Source of the DNA: Tepidiformaceae bacterium
GTDB taxonomy: Bacteria; Chloroflexota; Dehalococcoidia; Tepidiformales; Tepidiformaceae
Assembly (NCBI GenBank): GCA_965116915.1
Contig: OZ220739.1
Location: 630,864-694,863, forward strand
DNA length: 64,000 bases
Reading direction: 5' to 3'
Made by a program: the position numbers and the translations under genes. The notes beneath the pieces were generated by a model that worked only from the letters and a program-made list of their open reading frames with translations, made no database searches and had not been told where the DNA came from. The first letter of the stretch is position 1. Every line of letters begins with the position of its first letter. Below, piece after piece: positions 9,648-16,910 of the stretch.

Positions 9648-10085
9648 ATGCAGTTTGTGGAGCCCGGAGAAGTCCTTGGCAGGGCATGGTTTTCGAGCAG
9701 GAAGTCCCCATCCGACGTCAGGAAGGACTTTCGAGACGCCTATCGTAGGCACGGCGAGGTATCCGTTGATCGGATGCTTCCGTCGGCTGACCTCATCTAC
9801 CTCCGAGCCCTACATGACCAAGAGGCAGTGGATCGCGCCGGCGTCGAGAGGTTCTACGGTTGGAAGTGCTTCACCTTCGAGGAAGAGGAGTGGGAGGAGG
9901 AAGCCCAAGATGCCTCATGGGAAGTCAGGGCCACTCCGAAGGAACCCATCAACCCATGGCATGCAGACGTTGTTCCTTTCGACGGCGGGGACAGCCTGAC
10001 GGAACTCTGTACCCTTGTCTCACGCGCTGAGTGGCTGGACAGGACCGAGATTCCACACGGGCCCCCTGGATACCCTCCGATATGA
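9648..10085 (+). CDS. Hypothetical acidic protein (145 aa)
   Basis: ATG 20 bp after the previous stop, same strand. Contains a Glu-rich stretch (FEEEEWEEEAQD). No family recognised. Confidence 0.5.
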   Translation: MQFVEPGEVLGRAWFSSRKSPSDVRKDFRDAYRRHGEVSVDRMLPSADLIYLRALHDQEAVDRAGVERFYGWKCFTFEEEEWEEEAQDASWEVRATPKEPINPWHADVVPFDGGDSLTELCTLVSRAEWLDRTEIPHGPPGYPPI

Positions 10086-10522
10086 GTCCCACCTCGGGGT
10101 GTCCATGGCAGGTGACTGCAGGCTGTCGGGTTCCCCTCGGGCAGGGGCGGCTCAATCTCCGTCCAGCCTGACGCCCTGGGTCTTCTGCTCACAGGCAGGT
10201 CCGGGGTCCCTGTGAAGACTCGTCCAGGATTGACTCGGGTGGCAAGGAAGGCCCAACTCACCATCCCGAATCGACACCTCCGCGTCGAACCTCACGCATG
10301 CCCTCTCGCCCGAGCGTACCGTCATGCCGTGTTGGCACCGCCATGGATTGGCGAGGCTGCCATTCGCTACCACGTGAGGCCGCCAAAGCGGGAGGTCCGG
10401 CCGAACCCGCGGCTGCGTCGGCAACGCTTAGCCTGTCTAGATACGAGATGCACGCCGTGTACCATCGATGTAAGGGAGAAAGGGAAGCCTTGTCTGCGGT
10501 GAGAGCTAGTGTTTCGACTGAA

Positions 10523-11233
10523 ATGCCTGGGCAGGAGCGAACGTGTTCCTGCCCCGCCAGCTTTGAGGAGCACGAAAGGGCGTTTATGAATTACTACCTC
10601 TTCGGGGAAAGGACTGCTCCACTATTTCCCGAAGATCAGAGTTCTTTTGGGGACATCGACGTAGCCCACTACTCCTTCATGCTCGACTACTTGTCCACAT
10701 CGGAATTTGTTCTTGAGGAACACCGCCAGTACTTCAAGAAAGAACTTCTGGTTCAGGGGAGAACCGCGCGTAAATCTCGCGAGGATCTTCCGAAAGCTCT
10801 TGAGGCACGTAGGCAAGCCCAACAAGAGCGCTACGCCACGTGTCTTCCGGGAACCCCCTCCCGTTGGATGCCGTATGCCCGTATTCTTGTGACACTACTG
10901 AACGGTACGCACGGTCACGAATTTCTGCGACCCTTTGTTGGCGGACTGACCTGTAGAAAGTGCGGCTCAAGATTCTCCGATACTCACGACCTCGGCGAGG
11001 CGCAGGACCTTGGCGAGGCATACACCGGTAACTCCTGTCGGCGTTGCGGTGCAGTCCCTACCCCCTTCTGGGTCAGTCGAGGCAAGAGAAGGCTAAGCCG
11101 CTGGTATGGGGCAGGAGTTAGGAGCTTGACGTGGTCCTGGACTCAGGTGAGAAAAGAGGTGCCCTGGAGCCTGCTCATGCTCCTACTGGGGGGTGTTGTC
11201 TCTAACCGGATTACTAGCTGGTGGCCCTTCTAG
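10523..11233 (+). CDS. Hypothetical protein with two CxxC pairs and a C-terminal TM anchor
   Basis: The ORF is open from 10298, but the plausible start is ATG 10523 or 10586, where GC drops. CRKCGSRF ... CRRCGAVP suggests a Zn ribbon. Terminal hydrophobic segment WSLLMLLLGGVVSNRITSWW. Confidence 0.45.
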   Translation: MPGQERTCSCPASFEEHERAFMNYYLFGERTAPLFPEDQSSFGDIDVAHYSFMLDYLSTSEFVLEEHRQYFKKELLVQGRTARKSREDLPKALEARRQAQQERYATCLPGTPSRWMPYARILVTLLNGTHGHEFLRPFVGGLTCRKCGSRFSDTHDLGEAQDLGEAYTGNSCRRCGAVPTPFWVSRGKRRLSRWYGAGVRSLTWSWTQVRKEVPWSLLMLLLGGVVSNRITSWWPF

Positions 11234-11317
11234 CCGAACCTCTGCGACAAGGTGCCAACCCCACCGGTCAGGGGGCACCACAGCGGTCCGTGTGGCCCGG
11301 TCTTCCTGGTCCTAGGG

Positions 11318-11560
11318 CTAGTTAGGAGGCCCGGCCTTCCACCTCTCCAGGTGTTCCTTGGCTGTGGTGGGCCAGTGATTCAAGGCTCCTTCCAAGGCCA
11401 ACAGCTCCGCGTAGATTGCGTCGCACGCTTCGGAGGATACCCGTCCGTGCTTGGCACGGTACTCAGCACGTTCCACTGCAGCGATGAGCTCCTGGAAGGA
11501 GCGAGAGAAGAGCTGGTAGGCCGCTTGTATCTCGCTGGCCTCTTCTCGTTCGTCCTTCAA
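11318..11560 (-). CDS. Hypothetical small helical protein (80 aa), last gene of the ParB-like operon
   Basis: TTG start overlapping the upstream stop (TTGA on the minus strand at 11557-11560). No family recognised. Confidence 0.45.
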   Translation of the reverse strand: MKDEREEASEIQAAYQLFSRSFQELIAAVERAEYRAKHGRVSSEACDAIYAELLALEGALNHWPTTAKEHLERWKAGPPN

Positions 11561-12039
11561 GCGGTTTTCCGCAGCTCTAGGATCTTGGGCAGGGCAGCTT
11601 CATACACCGCATCGTTGATGACATCTGAACCGAGGCGTTCCATCTCCTGAAGGAAGATCGCGATACCGCTGGCCTTGATCTCCAGCTTGCGAGCTGCGCT
11701 CGACGTGTCCTGCATGACGGTACGCAACTCCCCGGGACTCATAGCTCGGAGCCGCATGTAGCGGTAGTCTGAACCGGCTCGGTAGCCCTCGTAGAGGCGG
11801 ATACCGTTGGCGTCTTTCACCTTGAGCGCGTCCGCGACGGCCTCCCTGAGGAACTCCATCAAGATGAAATCTCCACCGATGCTGGAGTAGCGACTGTTGA
11901 GATCCGCCCGAAGGCGAGCCAGCGTTCGAACGTTCGTCAACGCGAATACGACTTCGGACACGGTGAAGTAGGGTTCGCTATTCGCGATCTGAGCGATCTT
12001 GTTTCCGATCAACTGGTCGTAATAGCGATTCCGCCTCAT
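11557..12039 (-). CDS. Hypothetical protein (160 aa), translationally coupled to the ParB-like gene
   Basis: ATG overlaps the stop of the upstream gene (ATGA on the minus strand at 12036-12039). No family recognised. Confidence 0.55.
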   Translation of the reverse strand: MRRNRYYDQLIGNKIAQIANSEPYFTVSEVVFALTNVRTLARLRADLNSRYSSIGGDFILMEFLREAVADALKVKDANGIRLYEGYRAGSDYRYMRLRAMSPGELRTVMQDTSSAARKLEIKASGIAIFLQEMERLGSDVINDAVYEAALPKILELRKTA

Positions 12040-13025
12040 GGAACCAACTCCAATCGTTCTTTCTCACCTGTAAGGTGGGCACGCACGTCTTCGAGGAACT
12101 CAATATAGCCGGGAAGCTCCTGGATAAGGCGCTGCGTTCGCAGATCGCCAGCGGTGGAGGCGATGACCTCTGGGCGGAAAAGCCTGAGCCTGGCGAGCTG
12201 CGCCAGGGCGCGGTCGAGAGCCAGCACGGCGTCGTTGGCTTCAAGTTCCTTCACGCGCCGCCCCACAATGTCGGGCGTTACTGCAACGGCCTTCCCTTCG
12301 CTGCTGAAGATGACGGGGTCCGCCTCGCCGGCGCGCAGTCGTTCCTTGTGCTCCTCGGGAACGCGATCGTCCTCAAGGTTGCGAACGGCTTGGCGGGTTG
12401 CATCGCGCCCCCATCCCCTATCTACAGCTGCTTCGGTTAGCGGCTGACGATCATCTTCCTTAGCATTTAGCACCTCTACGATGGATGCGTCAGGGAGCTG
12501 TCGCACCGCTTCCGTGTGGTGGCTCCGACGGTACTCATCGACACGAAGCAGGTTGGTTACCGTGGAGCGGCTGACACCCATCTCCTGGGAGATGCGCTCG
12601 TGCGACCAGTCATCATGTATCTGCTTGAGTCGGCGGATGCCTCTATCTCGTTCGTCCTTCGTGAGTCGCTGACCGTTCCGCGCGTTGGCGGTAGCGGCAA
12701 ACACGGCAGCCTCGTCGTAGGTCCCCTGGTGGATGTTCGCGGGGATCGTGCGACGACCACTCCGGATCGCTGCGGCCAAGCGGTGGAAGCCGTCGGCGAC
12801 GTACAGACCGCCAAGCGTCTCGAACACGTCGATGGGCGGCAATTGATCGAGCACCTCCATGTATTGAAGGATTGTCTCCTCGTCGTTCCCATCCCTGATC
12901 TGGATGGCCGGGTCCATCTCGACCTCTGTAACAGCGATCTCTCTCACTCGAAACGCCTCCCCAAAAGCGCGGGCTATATTACATGATGCCGAGGCCTCCA
13001 TCGGTGCTGCGCAGCCGTGTACCAC
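12036..13025 (-). CDS. ParB/Srx-fold N-terminal domain protein with HTH
   Basis: LPPIDVFETLGGLYVADGFHRLAAAIRSGRRTIPA matches the ParB-like nuclease/NTPase domain pattern. It is followed by the HTH-like ISQEMGVSRSTVTNLLRV. The true start may lie downstream of 13025. Confidence 0.7.
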   Translation of the reverse strand: MVHGCAAPMEASASCNIARAFGEAFRVREIAVTEVEMDPAIQIRDGNDEETILQYMEVLDQLPPIDVFETLGGLYVADGFHRLAAAIRSGRRTIPANIHQGTYDEAAVFAATANARNGQRLTKDERDRGIRRLKQIHDDWSHERISQEMGVSRSTVTNLLRVDEYRRSHHTEAVRQLPDASIVEVLNAKEDDRQPLTEAAVDRGWGRDATRQAVRNLEDDRVPEEHKERLRAGEADPVIFSSEGKAVAVTPDIVGRRVKELEANDAVLALDRALAQLARLRLFRPEVIASTAGDLRTQRLIQELPGYIEFLEDVRAHLTGEKERLELVP

Positions 13026-13331
13026 CCGATGCGTCTTGAGGCCGCTGAGTCGGTTGAGGCCAGCGAAGAGGTCTCCCGCAGCGAGGGTGGGTCGCCGTTC
13101 TCAGCGGACGCATGGGGGTTGGGTACCACTCACTGGAGGCAGCGGGTGTTCGGAGTGGGCAATGGCCGGGGAGAAGCCAGTTCCCGAACACTAAGGAGCG
13201 CTTTCAGGCTGTCGCGCACAGCCGCGGCCAATGAACATCGGTTAGGTGGGCCTCGGCACCGCTGGTACTCTAGCCGCCGGTTTGGTGGGTCATGAACCTC
13301 ACTCAAGAAGGTCCAGTTTGGAGGCTAGGAA

Positions 13332-13817
13332 ATGAACGAGTTCACGCGGAAGGTCATACGGGTAGTCGATCAACTCCAAGTGGGAGCGACGAAGAGCTAC
13401 GAGGAGGTATCGCTGGAAGCTGGCAGCACGTCTGCTGCCGCCCAGAGTGTCGGCGCCGCCATGGAGAGTGCCGTGAATGAGGGTTGGCACGGGCCCTGGT
13501 GGAGAGTCACCGGAAAGGGCGGTGAGATCAAGACGCCACGAGAATGGCACCAGAGGGAGATTCTCGACGCTGAGGCATTGGCTGTAAGCAATGCTGGAGC
13601 GCAACTCGGTGCGAGGAGGTATCGGTTCAAGTTTGCAGATGGCCATGAGGGACCGCGAGAGATACGCGCGGATCGGGTGGAAACGGACTCTGAGGGTCGT
13701 CCCCAGAGTTTCTGGCTAGGGGACGAGATGGTAGGTCAGGTGGACTACTTCGCCGTTAATAGCTGGTGGGTAGAGGGACTTGCCATTGGCAGCCATGAGA
13801 ACAACCCTGTCTCATAA
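13332..13817 (+). CDS. MGMT/alkyltransferase-like (ATL-type) DNA-binding domain protein lacking the acceptor Cys
   Basis: GATKSYEEVSLEAGSTSAAAQSVGAAM...PWWRV follows the Ogt/Ada C-terminal domain pattern (TYGxIA..G.P.AARAVG ... PCHRV), but with Trp at the Cys position as in ATL proteins. RBS GGAGG at 13320-13324. Carries a ~70-aa C-terminal extension. Confidence 0.7.
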   Translation: MNEFTRKVIRVVDQLQVGATKSYEEVSLEAGSTSAAAQSVGAAMESAVNEGWHGPWWRVTGKGGEIKTPREWHQREILDAEALAVSNAGAQLGARRYRFKFADGHEGPREIRADRVETDSEGRPQSFWLGDEMVGQVDYFAVNSWWVEGLAIGSHENNPVS

Positions 13818-13874
13818 GATGTGGCGACGGGCCCCAAGCGTGGATAGGCGCCCGCAACCGGCGCAGCCTTCAAC

Positions 13875-13966
13875 GGAGGGCGCGGTGTGCTGCGACGCGA
13901 GGAGGGGGCAAACTCGCTCCCCAGGTATACCGCAGCGTTCGGTGCGGATTGGAGGACCGAGTAGTC
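13875..13966 (-). repeat. Hybrid att-like junction: helicase codons, core (13955-13966, reverse complement), then module A (13954 down to ~13875)
   Basis: The minus strand reads ...GLDLVEFPTIWWYETDYS then GTCCTCCAATCCGCACCGAACGCTGCGGTATACCTGGGGAGCGAGTTTG. This aligns to module A at 24418-24495. Confidence 0.75.
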
Positions 13967-14160
13967 CGTCTCGTACCACCAGATCGTAGGAACTCCACTA
14001 GGTCGAGTCCCGTCTGCACGAGCCGTGGGTGACGTAGACGAGCACCAGGCGCCCCGCCAGCGGCCTGTAGGCGACGGGGTCGGCCAGCGGCCATCCCTTC
14101 GGATGGAGCCAATCCTCGGCTAGTCGAAGAACGAGGCCAGGGAGAGTCGTCACTCGCAAG
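13955..14160 (-). pseudogene. Internal remnant of an SNF2-like helicase, ending exactly at the core
   Basis: The minus strand reads ...HPKGWPLADPVAYRPLAGRLVLVYVTH-PRLVQTGLDLVEFPTIWWYETDYS. The intact helicase reads YPKERALVDLVAAERLAGRRVLVYATH...(about 55 aa missing)...HPRLVQTGLDLVDFPTIAWYETDYS. One frameshift. Confidence 0.7.
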
Positions 14161-14206
14161 TCACACGTGCTGGTATGTCGAGGGTGACAGTGACGCCACA
14201 TGATCC

Positions 14207-16588
14207 TTAGGCCGGAACGGGCGTCTCGCTCTTGGGCATCCGGTAGCCGACGCGAGGCTGGGTAAAGATGTAGGTCGGATCGCTGGCGTTGTCCCCGAGC
14301 CTCGTGCGCAGTGCGTGGACAACGGTTCGGATTGGCCCGACGTCACCCTCGCCGTCCAGGTCCCAGACCCGCCTGAGGAGTTGCTCGTAGGTGGACACGC
14401 GCCCGGCGTTGGCCGAGAGCTCTGCCAGCGTCCGGTATTCGATGTCCGTCAACGGGACCGGTTGGCCCGCAAGCGTTACCTCCCGCTCCTTGTAGTCGAC
14501 GGTCAGGTCCCCCAGGACATAGGGCGCGGACGGCTGCTGGGCGTCGAGCCTGCGCAGGACGGCCCTGATCCTGGCCACCAGCTCAGTCGGTGAGAAGGGC
14601 TTGACGACGTAGTCGGCAGCCCCCGCGTCGAACGCCCGGGCGACGAGCTGATCCTGGCCGTAGGCTGAGACGAAGATGACCGGGACGTTCGCGGTGCGAC
14701 CGATCTCGCGCATCAACTCGATTCCGTCCGTCCCCGGCAGCATCAGGTCGAGCAGAACCAGACGGGGCTTCTCGTCCTCCACCAGCCGGCGCGCCTCCTC
14801 GGGGTCGGCGGTGAGCAGCGGCTCGAAGCCGGACTTCACGAGCACGTCACGGACGTACCTGAGCGCCTCCGGTTCATCGTCCACCGCGAGGATGCGCACC
14901 GGCGCCTCCTCAGCTCCCGCTCCCGAGGCCCGCCGGCTGAGCCGTGCGGGCACGGCCGGTGTGAAGAAGCCCGCCTCCTCCACCGTGGGGATCGTGAAGA
15001 TAAACCGCGCGCCCAGCCCGGGGCCTTCGCTTTCCGCCCAGATGCGTCCCCCGTGTGCCTCCACGATGCCCTCGCAGATGGCGAGACCGAGCCCCGTGTC
15101 TCCTCCCTGCGCCTCCGCGTCGATGCGGGAGAACTTGCGGAAAAGGTGGGGGAGGCTCTCAGCCGGGATGCCCCGTCCCTGGTCCGCGACGGAACATGCG
15201 ACGTGGACTCCCCTCGGCACGGCCTTCACCTGCAGCGTGGAGGTCTCAGGAGAGTTCCTCGCCGCGTTTGCCAGCAGGTTGCCCAGCACCTGCACGATGC
15301 GCAGCCGGTCCGCCATCACCCAGGGAAGGTCGGGGGGAGTCTCGACCTCGACGTCCTGCCTGCCCCCGCCACTCGTGAAGCCGTCGCGGGCCTCGGCCAG
15401 CAGCAGGGCCACTTCGGTCGGTTCGGGGGTGATTGCCAGGGTTCCCGTCTCGATGCGGGCAACGTCCAGCAGGTCGCTCACCATCACGTGCATGCGGTCG
15501 ATCTGCGCGTCGATGATGCGGAAGAACTGGTGGGACTCGGTGGGGCTCAAAGCGGCTGGAGGATCGAGCAGGGTCGTGACCGAGCCCTTCAGCGTGGCGA
15601 GGGGGGTGCGCAGCTCGTGGCTCACCATTGCCAGGAATTCGGCTCGCAGCCGCTCAAGCTCATCGAGGGCGGTCATGTCCTGCACTGTGATCACCACTGT
15701 CTCGACCTCACCCCCCTCCGCGCGGATGGGCGTGGCGTTCACCAGCGTCGTGACGCTGCGCCCATCCGGCACTGATAACACAACCTCCTCGGCCCGCACC
15801 GTCTCGCCGCTGCTGAGCGCCTGGGTCATGGAGAGGTCGTGCAGCGAGACCTCTCGCCCGTCCGCGCGCCGCGCCGTCAGCACCTCCAGCAGGTCCTGGG
15901 GTGAAGCGCCCGCTTCGTGCAGGCTGCTGACGATCCGCTCCGCCTCGCGGTTGAGCGACACCGGCAGACCAGTCTTCGCGTTGACGACCACCACGCCCAC
16001 GGGCGAGGTGTCGACCAGCGTCTCGAGGTCGGCCCGGGCCTTCTGCTCCTCCCGGTAGCGGCTTGCGTTCGAGATCACCATCGCCGCCTGGGAAGCGAAC
16101 ATCACCAGCGTCGCCTCGTCGTCGTCGCTGAACTCCCTTCCGCCTTCCGGGGCGGCGAGGAAGAAGTGGCCGGCGCGTTCGCCCTGGTGGCGGATGGGCA
16201 TCCCCAGGAACGGGATGACCGAGGCCTCGACGGGCAATTGGGAGTCGGGCAGGCCCAGCGCCTGCAGGTGACCGCGGAAGTCCGCCAGCCGCAGCGGTCC
16301 GGGAACCTCACCCAGGTGCTCGATGAGCCCGGCGTTCTCCGGCAGCCCCCAGAGCCGCTCCTCCTCCTCCGGCGTGAACCCGGAGGAGAGGAACTCTCCG
16401 ATCCCTCCGGCATCATCGAGCACCGTGATCACGCCGTAGCGAGCGCGCGTCAGCGCCGTGGCGGAGTCGAGCACGCCCTGCAGCACCGTGTCGTAGTCCA
16501 GGCTCTCGCTGATCCGCAGGCTGGCCTCGCTCAATGTCGAGAGCCGTTCCCTGAGCGAGGCTACCTGTGCGCTGTCTTCTTGATTCAT
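14207..16588 (-). CDS. Hybrid sensor histidine kinase fused to an OmpR-type response regulator (GAF/PAS - HisKA - HATPase - REC - winged helix)
   Basis: H-box SHELRTPLATLKG. G-boxes DQGRGIP and GLGLAICEGIVEAHGGRIW. REC VRILAVDDEPEAL...LVLLDLMLPGTDG. C-terminal wHTH LTDIEYRTLAELSANAGRVSTYEQLLRRVW...TQPRVGYRM. Confidence 0.9.
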   Translation of the reverse strand: MNQEDSAQVASLRERLSTLSEASLRISESLDYDTVLQGVLDSATALTRARYGVITVLDDAGGIGEFLSSGFTPEEEERLWGLPENAGLIEHLGEVPGPLRLADFRGHLQALGLPDSQLPVEASVIPFLGMPIRHQGERAGHFFLAAPEGGREFSDDDEATLVMFASQAAMVISNASRYREEQKARADLETLVDTSPVGVVVVNAKTGLPVSLNREAERIVSSLHEAGASPQDLLEVLTARRADGREVSLHDLSMTQALSSGETVRAEEVVLSVPDGRSVTTLVNATPIRAEGGEVETVVITVQDMTALDELERLRAEFLAMVSHELRTPLATLKGSVTTLLDPPAALSPTESHQFFRIIDAQIDRMHVMVSDLLDVARIETGTLAITPEPTEVALLLAEARDGFTSGGGRQDVEVETPPDLPWVMADRLRIVQVLGNLLANAARNSPETSTLQVKAVPRGVHVACSVADQGRGIPAESLPHLFRKFSRIDAEAQGGDTGLGLAICEGIVEAHGGRIWAESEGPGLGARFIFTIPTVEEAGFFTPAVPARLSRRASGAGAEEAPVRILAVDDEPEALRYVRDVLVKSGFEPLLTADPEEARRLVEDEKPRLVLLDLMLPGTDGIELMREIGRTANVPVIFVSAYGQDQLVARAFDAGAADYVVKPFSPTELVARIRAVLRRLDAQQPSAPYVLGDLTVDYKEREVTLAGQPVPLTDIEYRTLAELSANAGRVSTYEQLLRRVWDLDGEGDVGPIRTVVHALRTRLGDNASDPTYIFTQPRVGYRMPKSETPVPA

Positions 16589-16910
16589 GTAGTGCTTTCC
16601 GGCGGAGTCTCACGCCTTCACTGGCACCTTCGAAGATGCCCCTGACGCGCCTGCGGTCGGCCGCTGGCGCGCAATGTAATGAAAAACTGACAACATTCAA
16701 TCGAACAGAAGCTTTGTCTGACATATAGCTAATGACGCTCCTCTATTGTTCGGGCGACACAAAGCCAGCCGTAACCGGTGTGTCTCTGGGAGCTGACACG
16801 TCCTTGCCAGAGATGACCGCGTGCAGGTCTTCGAGTGAGGCAGCTGCGCCCTTCCCGGCATGGCTGCACTTCGTGAGAAGCGCCGCGAGACCCCGCGACC
16901 GAGGTGAGGC

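Noticed and set aside
14676-16058. 460-aa plus-strand ORF inside the histidine kinase locus.
   Set aside because: It is antisense to a kinase ORF with all canonical boxes, and its translation is Ser/Arg/Thr-rich low complexity.
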